A DNA stretch of 64,000 nucleotides from NCBI RefSeq assembly GCF_056746865.1, contig NZ_CM163382.1. The stretch is one strand, 5' to 3'. Position 1 is the first letter of the stretch; each line of letters begins with the position of its first letter. Below the pieces are notes generated by a model that was not told the DNA's origin, ran no database searches, and was given only the letters and a program-made list of their open reading frames with translations. Below are positions 54,387 to 64,000 of this stretch, piece by piece. A program made the translations under genes and the position numbers.

Positions 54387-54627
54387 GAGAACTTACCTGC
54401 AGCAACTCTAGTGCAGGCATGGAAGCAGACCAAGCCATGCAGCACAGTGACGATCATTCTTAAATTCAGTGCCTTTGCCAATAATAACAGCAACAACGCT
54501 CGTGACAATTTCAGGACCAATGCCTTTAGCTTTTGCAATACGCTGACAGCATTCAGATTGCCTGGACAGGTCTCTATTTATTTATCAAAAAAGTTTATAC
54601 TACGACCGAGATCGTTAAAGAGATCAT

Positions 54628-55786
54628 CTAAATAGCTGCGCCTAATACCACTACACTTTTGCCAGCCCATGTTTGCCTCCGGGGAACGGGCTGATGGTTT
54701 CCATAAAATGGCGAATTTTTTTCAACAGTTGCCACATTGAGCGGCACTGATGATTACGCGTTATTGTGTCGTGAAGTGCCTGCCATAGCCGTTCAACATG
54801 ATTCACCCATGGCAAGTAAACCGGCTGATAAATGACCCTGAACTTCGGGTTCTCCTTCAACCAGCGCTGTGTTTCCCGGCTTTTGTGGATAATGTAGTTG
54901 TCCACGATCAGTGTGATGGTTTTCACCCGAAGGTATGTCGCTTTAAGCCGCTTCAGCAGGCTGATGAACAGCGCCGAACTTTTGCTGTTGCCGCCCACAT
55001 AGCTGACTTTACCTGTCCCGCTGTGCAGCGCTCCGGCCAGATCATATTTTTCATTCTGTCCCGGCGTGACCACCCGTTTTTGCTGTCCGCGCAGTTGCCA
55101 GTCCGCACCGATTTTGGGATTAAGATGGATATCCACTTCATCTTCATAAAAGACCGGATGCTCTGTGCTGCATTCGTCCAGTGCTTTATGGATTGCTGCC
55201 ATCTTTTCATCTTTATGCGGGTCACGGATACGCAGAGTTGGCGCAGCCCTTCGCCACACAATCCCCGCAGACGGCAACCAGCGGCGAACGGTTCCGGCAT
55301 TTAACTGGCAATCGGTTATCTCATTGATTTTTATTGCCAGCAGTTCTGTACTCCAGCGTGAACGCTGGTAGCCAAAGTCGCCGGGAGAATGTTTTACCAG
55401 CTCACGTAACAGTGTGCAGATATGCTCAAACGACCAGAGACGGGCTCGCCCGGCAGGTAATGATTTCAGTCCCTCAACACCCGACTGCGTGAACCAGTTA
55501 ATCCAACATCCAACAGAGGAACGGGCGCAGCAGAGCGTTCTGGCAACGTCGCTGACACGGTCGCCCCGGTGCAGCATCAGCATGGCAGTCAGTCTGCGGG
55601 CATAATTTTTATCGTGTGTTTTATGGATGGCTTTCTGCATCAGGCGTCGTTCGTCACGGGAAATTGGTGCTATGATCGGCATTGCTCAGTCCGGTTGGTG
55701 ATTTGTTTTGATTTGGCGATTGATCAGATCGCACAATCCAGGCTGAGCTCCCTCAAAGTGATCTACTATTCCGCGCAGCTATTTAG
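54628..55786 (-). mobile_element. IS630-family insertion sequence (about 1.16 kb) with terminal inverted repeats
   Basis: Ends CTAAATAGCTGCGC (54628) and GCGCAGCTATTTAG (55786); intact 343-aa transposase inside. Confidence 0.8.
54651..55682 (-). CDS. IS630-family transposase
   Basis: 343-aa ORF with IS630-like N-terminal HTH and DDE region. Confidence 0.8.
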   Translation of the reverse strand: MPIIAPISRDERRLMQKAIHKTHDKNYARRLTAMLMLHRGDRVSDVARTLCCARSSVGCWINWFTQSGVEGLKSLPAGRARLWSFEHICTLLRELVKHSPGDFGYQRSRWSTELLAIKINEITDCQLNAGTVRRWLPSAGIVWRRAAPTLRIRDPHKDEKMAAIHKALDECSTEHPVFYEDEVDIHLNPKIGADWQLRGQQKRVVTPGQNEKYDLAGALHSGTGKVSYVGGNSKSSALFISLLKRLKATYLRVKTITLIVDNYIIHKSRETQRWLKENPKFRVIYQPVYLPWVNHVERLWQALHDTITRNHQCRSMWQLLKKIRHFMETISPFPGGKHGLAKV

Positions 55787-56027
55787 TTCCGCTATCGTTC
55801 TGCACATACAAGCTCTTAACCCGTTTATGCATCCTCAAGGCTCAGCAGAATAGCTGTCAGCGCCAATGATATAAGACAGTAATGGGGATGCGGACGATTT
55901 CCTGGACTCTCAGGAGATGAAACATGTTTACTGAAGAAGAAAAAATCCGCGCCATTGAGCTTTATTTCAAATATGTGACCCGTCCTGAATAGCGTTGACA
56001 CGTTCCTACTTAAATCCGGAGAACGTA

Positions 56028-57017
56028 ATGATGACTTAGCTCAAACGCACCCAACGTGATTATCCTCTATCCTTTAAAATAGCTGTTGTTGAGCAGGTTG
56101 AAAAAGGCGAGATGACTTATAAACAGGCCCAGCAGCGGTATGGCATTCAGGGGCGCTCCACCGTTCTTGTCTGGTTACGTAAATATCCTGGACTTCCTGA
56201 GCTGGTGAAGAGGAAACTGCCTGTGACTCAGACAACTATCCCGCTCACACCCGAGCAAAGAATCAGGGAACTTGAAACGTAGCTTGAGCTGGCGAACCAG
56301 AAAGCTACGTTTTTTGAGTCAGTTATCAATGTCCTGAAAAATGATTACGGGGTGAGTATCGTAAAAAGCGGCCCGGCAAGTCCTCGCGCAAAGTCCGGTC
56401 CCCAAAATAACTGTGACGCGTGCAGTCTGTTCCTGGGACACAGCAGACAGGCATGGTATCAGGACAATGCAAGGCGCAGAAAACGGCAGGAACATCATGC
56501 TCAGGTTCTTGATTTTGTTGCCCGTGTCAGATGTCGTCAGCCCCGAATCGGTGCGCGTAAGCTGCACTATCTGCTGAACACTCAGGCCGATAAAAGGCTG
56601 AATATCGGGCGAGACCGCCTGTTTAACCTGCCCGATGAATACCGACTCCTGGTGCCAGTAAAACGGTCATATCACAAAACTACCAACAGCCATCATCGCT
56701 TCTACCGACATCCAAACCTGCTTAAACCAGGCCCTGAACAGGTTACTGCTCTTGAACCAGAACAGGTCCGGGTCGCCGATATTACTTACCTTCCACTGCG
56801 CAATAGTTCGGCCTATCTGAGTCTGGTCACCGATGCCTGCTCCAGAAAAATTATGGGCTACCATGTTGGGGAAAACCTGCAGACAGAAAATGTGGTAAAA
56901 GCGTTCAGACAGGTGCTGAAGCTGAGAAAAACGACGAGTCCCCTGGTGCATCATTCTGGCAGGGGCTGCAATACTGTTCAGCGCTCTATCAGTCAGTTCA
57001 TGAAAGAAATGAAATAA
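56028..57017 (+). pseudogene. IS3-family transposase remnant with in-frame TAG stops and a 3' frameshift
   Basis: TAG at 56037 and 56280 inside an otherwise continuous frame; OrfB-like core (DITYLPLRNSSAYLSLVTDACSRKIMGYHVG...LVHHSGRG); C-terminus (AIYNHERPHLALKYKTPYDVHQAFY) in another frame to about 57245. Confidence 0.55.
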
Positions 57018-57485
57018 CCTGTTCAATGACTGATGGTTATGACTGCTACCAGCATTGGCTGAGTGAATAAATGGTACCCTGAAAAATGAGTTTTTACTCT
57101 CGCGTCCTGCAGACCTGGCTCAGGCCCGGGAAATGGTCCAAGAGTCCGTGGCAATTTATAACCATGAGCGGCCACACCTGGCTCTGAAATACAAAACGCC
57201 CTATGACGTTCATCAGGCGTTTTACAGACAGAAAAGTGTCAACTTATACCAAGACTAGTCAATGGTAAGAAGCTGGCTCCCGTCGTACGCGAACTGGGCT
57301 ACCCTTCGAAAAGAAATCTGCGGCGTTGGATCCGTTCATAGGAATCAGGTGGCGGAGCAAAAGAATCCATTCGCCATAAGCCCCGTTACACAGATGAGCA
57401 AAAACAAGTTGCCGTTGAACATTATCTTAACCACGGCTGCTGCCTAGCGTTTACCAGTAGAACTCTGGGTTATCCCTGTACCGAT

Positions 57486-57878
57486 GTGCTCGCTCGCTGG
57501 GTTAATGAACGTTACCCCGGCAGACGACGTATATTTACCAGTAAGACCAGTCCGGTTGCGCCCTTTGAACCAGAAGTCAAACGTCAGGCTGTCATGGCAT
57601 TCTGTACACGACAAATATCAGCCAGTGAAATCTCTAGGCGTATTGGTGTCAGTCGTGCGGTATTGTATAAATGGAAAGATGAAATTATCGGCAACAGTGC
57701 TTACCAGACTATGCGTAAACATAACGAACCTTCCCTAGAGGCAGAACGCGATGCGTTGCGGGAGGAAGTCGCCCGACTGAATCAGGAAATACGCCGCCGG
57801 CAGATGGAACTGGATATTCTGAAAAAAGCGGAGAAAATCATAAAAAATCTATGGTCACCCCCGTTTTTGCTACACTGA
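57486..57878 (+). pseudogene. IS3-family OrfA-like fragment
   Basis: HTH (SASEISRRIGVSRAVLYKWKDE) followed by leucine-zipper-like REEVARLNQEIRRRQMELDILKKAEKI. Confidence 0.45.
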
Positions 57879-58122
57879 TTTTTGATTAATGGTGGGCTTG
57901 CTTAAATCTATCCGGCGTCTCTGTGGACAAGGAGACCCGCGCCTCGATGAGTTCCGCACCTGATAATCCTAAAAAGACCCTCGGCTTCAGTGAGCCATTT
58001 TTTCTGTCAGGTTTTTAATCAGGTCTATTTGCCGTTCATGTCATCAATAATCAGTCTTCGCAAAACCAGACAGGTAACTTGTATCGTAAGCGTGCAGCAA
58101 GAACCGTATTGACGGGGATGTG

Positions 58123-59661
58123 TTATTCAGTCGGCAGTGCTACGCGCCAGGGGAGCAGTTCGCCGACCCGGTTTATCGGCCAGTCGGCTATGACGTCAAG
58201 GACATAGCGGAGGTAGCTTTCTGGCTCCACTCCGTTCAGTTTGCACGTCCCGATCAGGCTGTACAGCAGCGCTCCCCGCTCTCCTCCATGATCCGAACCG
58301 AAGAACAGGTAGTTTTTGCGGCCCAGACTGACCATCCGCAACGCATTTTCAGCGATGTTATTGTCCGCCTCAGCCCAGCCATCATCTGCATAGTACGTCA
58401 GCGCCGGCCACTGGTTCAGGGCGTATGCGAACGCTTTCGCCAGTTCTGAGTGTCGCGACAGGGTTTTCATCTTTTCACGCAGCCAGCTTTCCAGGGATTT
58501 CAGCAGCGGTTTCGTTTTCAACTGACGTTCGGCAAGGCGCTGCTCCGCCGTCATTCCCCTTATCTCTGCCTCGATGGCGTACAGTTCGCCGATCCGTTTC
58601 AGCGCTTCCTCCGTCAGGGCTGACGGGGTGCGAACGTGCACATCGTGGATTTTACGGCGGGCGTGAGCCCAACAGGCGGCTTCCGTTATCCGGCCATCCC
58701 GGTACAGCTCGTTGAACCCGGCGTATGCATCCGCCTGCAGTACACCACTGAACCCCGCAAGATGGGTCTGCGGATGGATGCCTTTTCTGTCCGGGCTGTA
58801 AGCGAACCACACCGCCGGCGCCAGCGTTGACCCGGCGTTACGGTCGTCACGAACGTAGGTCCATAACCGCCCGGTCTTCGTTTTCTTATTGCCTGGCAAC
58901 AGCACCGGGACAGGCGTGTCATCAGCATGGAGCTTACCGTCAGTCAGCACATAGTCCTGAAGCGCTTCTTCCAGCGGTGACAGTAGCCGGCAGCATGCAT
59001 CCACCCAGCCCGACAGCAGTGAACGACTCAGCTCCACGCCCTGGCGGCCGTACATTTCAGACTGGCGGTACAGCGGGGTGTGCTCTGCATACTTTGAGAT
59101 CAGCACGCGGGCCAGCAGCCCCGGTCCTGCGATACCCCGCTCGATGGGCCGTGAAGGCGCGGGGGCCTGCACGATGGCATCGCACTGAGTACAGGCATGC
59201 TTTTCACGTACAGTCCGGATAACCCGGAAGGCGCTGCGCATCAGCTCCAGCTGTTCGGCGGCATCCTCACCCAGATAGCTCAGCGAGCCTCCACATTCCG
59301 GGCAGCATGACGCTGCCGGCAGCAGCCGTTTTTCATCGCGGGGGAGTGATTCGGGGAACGGTTTGCGGGTGCGGGTTTGACGCAGCGGGCGCTGCACGGC
59401 CGGGTCGTCAACCCGACCGGTAAGGGTATCACTTTCTTTCTGAAGTGCCTTCAGGTCAGCTTCCATCTGTGCGATACGACGGGAGACTTTTTCCGAGCGG
59501 CTGCCGAAGTTCATCCGGCGCAGCTTATCCAGCTGTGCCTGCAGATGGTCTATTTCGCGTTCACGCTCGTTCAGCTTTTCCTGCAGGGCACGGTTCAGCG
59601 CCTCCTGTTCGGCAAGGAGACGTTTCAGTGCATTGATATCGTCAGGAAGTGAGCTGCTCAT
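58123..59661 (-). CDS. tnpC: IS66-family transposase TnpC
   Basis: 512-aa ORF with N-terminal coiled coil, zinc-finger CPECGG...CTQC and DDE region. Confidence 0.85.
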   Translation of the reverse strand: MSSSLPDDINALKRLLAEQEALNRALQEKLNEREREIDHLQAQLDKLRRMNFGSRSEKVSRRIAQMEADLKALQKESDTLTGRVDDPAVQRPLRQTRTRKPFPESLPRDEKRLLPAASCCPECGGSLSYLGEDAAEQLELMRSAFRVIRTVREKHACTQCDAIVQAPAPSRPIERGIAGPGLLARVLISKYAEHTPLYRQSEMYGRQGVELSRSLLSGWVDACCRLLSPLEEALQDYVLTDGKLHADDTPVPVLLPGNKKTKTGRLWTYVRDDRNAGSTLAPAVWFAYSPDRKGIHPQTHLAGFSGVLQADAYAGFNELYRDGRITEAACWAHARRKIHDVHVRTPSALTEEALKRIGELYAIEAEIRGMTAEQRLAERQLKTKPLLKSLESWLREKMKTLSRHSELAKAFAYALNQWPALTYYADDGWAEADNNIAENALRMVSLGRKNYLFFGSDHGGERGALLYSLIGTCKLNGVEPESYLRYVLDVIADWPINRVGELLPWRVALPTE

Positions 59662-59709
59662 ACCGGGTATATTACCAGGCTCATTCAGCGTCGACCAGGA
59701 TAAAGAGGC

Positions 59710-60057
59710 TTACAACATAGTCAGGGACGTAAGCAGTCTTTTAGGCTGCCGCCAGTCGATACCTTCCAGCAGCATCGCCAGCTGTGCCGGTGTGAGGAAC
59801 ACTTTGCCATCCCGGGCTGACGGCCAGGCGAAGCGGCCGCGCTCCAGCCGTTTGGTCAGCAGACACAGTCCATCGCCGGTAGACCAGAGGAGCTTTACCT
59901 GACTGCCATTACGCCCACGGAAGATAAAAACGTGACCTGACATCGGATCGTCTTTCAGCGTCGTCTGCACCTTTGCCGCCAGGCCGTTGAAGCCGTTTCT
60001 CATATCGGTGATGCCAGCGACCAGCCAGATCTTTGTCCCTGATGGTAATGGGATCAA
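59710..60057 (-). CDS. tnpB: IS66-family accessory protein TnpB
   Basis: 115-aa ORF in canonical position. Confidence 0.8.
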   Translation of the reverse strand: MIPLPSGTKIWLVAGITDMRNGFNGLAAKVQTTLKDDPMSGHVFIFRGRNGSQVKLLWSTGDGLCLLTKRLERGRFAWPSARDGKVFLTPAQLAMLLEGIDWRQPKRLLTSLTML

Positions 60058-60458
60058 CGTTTGAGCTCCCGTATCAGCAGGTTCAGGATATTTTCACTGA
60101 TGGCACCATTCAGACGGAGTGATCCGTGCCGGAACGTCACTTCACAGCTGATATTGAGTGATTCAGGTGTCGCAGTAGCTACAGGTTGTGACCGGGGGGA
60201 GGTTGTAGGGACAACATCTTCGGCATCAAGTGTTATCGGGAGCAGCTCAGGCACGTTGTTTTCTGTTGTTGAAGGAGGACGTAGTTTTCCTTCGCGCCAG
60301 TACTGGCGCCACTTGAACAGCAAATTATCGTTGATCCCATGCTCACGAGCGAGTTGCGCTACGGAGATCTCTGGTCGATGCGAGAGTTCAACCATTTTGA
60401 TTTTGAACTCAACGGGATAATTAGGGCTTTTTTTACGCACTGCGGTTAATGATTTCAT
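60054..60458 (-). CDS. tnpA: IS66-family OrfA (TnpA, HTH)
   Basis: 134-aa ORF; 4-bp overlap with tnpB. Confidence 0.8.
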   Translation of the reverse strand: MKSLTAVRKKSPNYPVEFKIKMVELSHRPEISVAQLAREHGINDNLLFKWRQYWREGKLRPPSTTENNVPELLPITLDAEDVVPTTSPRSQPVATATPESLNISCEVTFRHGSLRLNGAISENILNLLIRELKR

Positions 60459-60569
60459 GGATAGCGTCCACCATATTTGGTGTCCACTATTCTCTCAGGA
60501 ATTTCAGGATCTGCCAGACGGTGCTGAGACGACGCTTACCTTGTATCTTATTTTTTAAAATAAGCTAAT

Positions 60570-61556
60570 TGAGTTTTGTCAGTATCTATATCAGGCCTGA
60601 TATTCTTTGTGCAGAGCAGTGATTGCCCAGGCTATTCGGGCCAGTTTATTTGCCAGAGCGCAGGCGACAATATTTGAATGCTTATTGTCGAGTTGCTTTT
60701 GAACCCATTCAGCAACTCTGCCCTATTGATGCTCCAGCCGCATCATGAACGAGCGGGCGTACAGAACAAGTAACCGACTCGTTTGCTGATCCCCAGCAGC
60801 ATTGATTTACCACCGGTACTGTATTGTCGGGGAACAAGTCCTGTGGATGCTGCAAAATCCCTACTGCACGAAAATTGTTTACCATCACCAAGCTGGGATG
60901 ATAGCAGGCTGGCCGTCATCGGCCCAACACCGGGGATTGTCATGATTCGTTGCACAGTAGCGTCAGCTTTGATTGACTGGTTTAACTCTGATTCCAGTTC
61001 TGTTATTTGCTCAATACGATAAAGATAGTGAGCATGTAATTTCATCAGCAAGCGACTCAGATATTCAGGTATTTCGTGTTCAGCTAACGCCAGAGATAAC
61101 CATTTTATTGCGGCATCCCCTGTCGGCAGTCTGATTCCAAATTCCAGCAAGAAACCGTGGATCTGGTTGTTTTTTTTCACCTTATCTCTGATGAGCGATT
61201 CTCTGACCCGATGTAATGCCCTCATTGCCTGCTGGGTTTCTGTTCTGGGCTGGACAAAACGCATTGATGGTCGTGAAGCCGCTTTGCATATGGCTTCTGC
61301 ATCAATAAAATCATTCTTATTACCTTTGACAAACGGACGCACGAATTACGGAGAGATAAGTTTTTCTTCATGACCGATGTCGCTGATACGCCGGGCCATA
61401 AAATGCGTACCAGCGCAGGCTTCCATAACAACTACTGAGGATGGACATGTTGCCAGAAACTGCATCAGCTTCGTACGCGTAAACTTTTTACGCAAAAGCG
61501 CATTGCCAGATTTATCTTGACAATGAATATGGAAAGAATGTTTACCGAGATCGATA
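60570..61556 (-). pseudogene. IS110-family transposase with nonsense codons (TAA at codon 2 and near 61347) and a C-terminal frameshift; IS66 inserted at its end
   Basis: N-terminal ...NVALIGIDLGKHSFHIHCQDKSGN; central VKGNKNDFIDAEAICKAASRPSMRFV; C-terminal VACALANKLARIAWAITAL in another frame. Confidence 0.55.
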
Positions 61557-61627
61557 CCAATAAGCGCAACGTTTTACATGATGGTGCCCTCTAAAATAAC
61601 CCACCCTGTCAGCGTACCGCTCACAGG

Positions 61628-62532
61628 GTGGGGGTGACCATCTCATTAGACCCGGGCATCAGTATCAGTCACCTAAACAACAGAGAAAAAACAAATATCG
61701 CTGATGCCCTGAGACAAACATATCCCCTGACAGAATTACTGCATGTTCTGGGGCTTGCCCGTAGCAGTTATTTTTATCACCGGGCTGCACTGAAAGCCGG
61801 TGATAAATACGCCACGATACGTACGATGCTGACAGATATAGTTAACAGTAATTACCAGTGTTATGGCTATCGTCGCCTGCATGCGATGCTCAGGCATGAG
61901 GGGGTCAGCTATCAGAAAAGGTTGTAAGCAGACTTATGGTGAAGGAACAGCTTGTCGTCAGCCGTAACCGTCGTCGCCGCTACAGCTCATATTGCGGAGA
62001 AATCGGACCGGATCCGGATAACCTTATCGCCAGAGATTTTAAGGAGGACCAACCTAATCAGAAATGGCTGACAGATATAACGGAGTTCCAGCTTCCTGCA
62101 GGAAAAGTCTGGCTGTCACAGGTGGTGGACTGCTTCGATGGAAAAGTTGTGAGCTGGTCTCTCAGTACACGCCCCGACGCAGAACTGGTTAACGCTATGC
62201 TGGATAACGCTGTCAAAACGTTAAATGCTGGCGAACGACCGATGATACACAGTGGCAGAGGTGGGCATTATCGCTGGCCAGGCTGGCTGGAAAGAGTTAA
62301 TGCCGCAGGTCTTATTCACTCAATGTCCCGTAAGGATGATGCCGCATGCGAAGGCTTTTTCGGCAGACTGAAAACGGAAATGTATTATGGGCGTAAATGG
62401 TCGGGCATCATGCCGGAAAAGTTCATGCAGCATGTGGATGCTTACATCAGAGGGTATAACGAGCGGCGTATAAAATTATCGCTGGGTGAAGACAGCCCTG
62501 AAATGTACCGCCAACAATGTAGGCTGGAATAA
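61628..62532 (+). pseudogene. IS3-family OrfB (integrase core) in two frames
   Basis: ORFs 61628-61927 and 61936-62532 with DDE-region motifs (WLTDITEF, HSGRGGHY, MYRQQCRLE). Confidence 0.55.
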
Positions 62533-63049
62533 TAAAGAAGTCCAGGAAATCGTCCGCATCCCCAAAACGGCCAATAATCTTGGCGTTGACATAGCACGAC
62601 GATCTCTTGAAACTACCGCGCCGATAGTTATTCCCCAATCAAGCAACAGTCCCCTGATTTGACAAACGGTCACATTAACAATATGCTGCCTTGCCCGGTG
62701 CAAAGCGTAGATATCCTGTTGTTCCGAGCTTTTTGGAGGCATGAACAGCATTGTCGGTTACATCAGAAGCACTGCGATGGCCTGTGCATCATTACCGTCA
62801 TTTTTTGCCCACAGACAAAGGGAGTTACATACTGTGGGTTGAGGACCTTTACGTTATGCCCCAGTTTTTTAAATTCACTCTGCCAGTAAAATTCCCATGT
62901 GGATGCCCTACATCAATTAGGAAGGCCGGAATATTCGCCACTATTTGGAGTAATTCTTTTCGGCCAATACGTTTTGAATAAACCGGATTACCGACCTAAT
63001 TTAACCCGCAGAGCTGAAAGATATTTTTATCCAGATCAATACCTAGGAA

Positions 63050-63830
63050 TACGATATTCATTGTGATTCCCCTGCTGAGTGAGTGCATTTCGTACAGTTA
63101 ACCGCAAAAGGAGGGGGTACTCCATTCCATGAACTGGAAGCCCAGATACGATGCATAGAGTCACCTGATATTAAAAAGAACGAGGATCTTGAGGACGAGA
63201 ACCGACGTCCAAAACAGATGCTTGCCGACCTTAGCCTAGAGAACCGGCATTGAAAGACATTATCGAAAAAAGCTTTAAAACCAGCCTGTAAGCGTGAGCT
63301 TGTTACTCATCAGATAACGACATTTGGACTCAGTGTCCATCAGGCCTGCCGGAGTCTGAACCAGAGCAGAACGGTTTCCCATTACCGTCCGGATACCACG
63401 TGGTACGACCCCGTTATTGTGGTGGTGCAGGCAGTGGACGAGCGATATCCTCGATACGGTTTTTCAAAACTTTTTCAGGTTCTGAGGCAGCAGGTTCGCG
63501 GCAAATCGCAGTTATCCGGTCATGCTGCGCATAGATAATGGTTCGGAATTTATCTCTCTAACGCTGGCTGAATGGGCTGATATACACGCAGTAAAACGGG
63601 AGTTTATCCAGCCGGGTAAGCTGACGTAGAACGCTTTTATTGGGCGTTTTAACAGGACACACCGTACAGAAATACTCGATTTTTATCTGTTCAGAACGCT
63701 GAATGAAGTTCTAGAAATTACGGAGAAATGGTTATCAGAATATAGCTATGAACGCACACATGAATCACTGAACAATAAGACGCTGGAAGAATATCGACGA
63801 CACCATTATTTGACCAAGATATAAAAATGC
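63050..63830 (+). pseudogene. IS3-family transposase debris
   Basis: Fragments PKQMLADLSLENRH and LNEVLEITEKWLSEYSYERTHESLNNKTLEEYRR in multiple frames. Confidence 0.45.
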
Positions 63831-64000
63831 ATGGAATTAAAACGGGGCATATTTATATATGAATAACACAACTATATCGCTAAGGTAAAGGTGTATCCAA
63901 ACGGAGAATACAGCACTAACAGCATATATTCATCCAAATTAATAAAATATGACCGAGAACATAGAATATTAAACATTTTTAAATTATGCTTTTCTCGCTA

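Larger units (their letters stand above)
58086..60539 (-). mobile_element. Intact IS66-family insertion sequence (tnpA-tnpB-tnpC) with GTAAGCG-type terminal IRs and 8-bp target-site duplication
   Basis: IRs GTAAGCGTGCAGCAAGAACCGT (58086-) and reverse complement of ...ACGACGCTTAC (-60539); identical flanking cttgtatc at 58078-58085 and 60540-60547. Confidence 0.85.

Overview
This window reads as the distal ~64 kb of a tRNA-Phe-associated pathogenicity/fitness island of the Escherichia/Shigella type, a mosaic of a CP4/P4-like integrative-element module, iron-uptake operons and IS debris. All identifications are from reading the translations and motifs by eye; no database search was run. The island edge is at bp 216-265: an 18-nt exact copy of the tRNA-Phe 3' end on the minus strand, followed by a terminator hairpin. 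Bp 500-14300 carry the CP4-like module: ParDE, DUF4942, CbtA/CbeA, YeeT, RadC-like, antirestriction, DUF932, DUF905, a WYL regulator, a YfjP-like GTPase, two inovirus-Gp2-like genes and AlpA. No integrase is present; an IS1-family element sits where one would be expected. Within that module, bp 8956-11560 is a visibly AT-rich cargo slot holding an unrecognisable 376-aa Cys/Lys-rich ORF and iteron-like repeats, which is the best candidate for something undescribed. Downstream are a YadA-like trimeric autotransporter with 99-bp tandem repeats, shiF-iucABCD-iutA (aerobactin) with a Fur box, sitABCD with an MntR box, sodC, a decayed four-gene remnant of a conjugative-element operon, and an Iha-like TonB-dependent receptor. 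These are interleaved with IS4, IS256, IS481-like, ISL3, IS1, IS110, IS200, IS3, IS630 and IS66 family elements, most of them pseudogenised; bp 53-64 kb is almost entirely IS debris. No rRNA gene, intact tRNA gene or CRISPR array was found.
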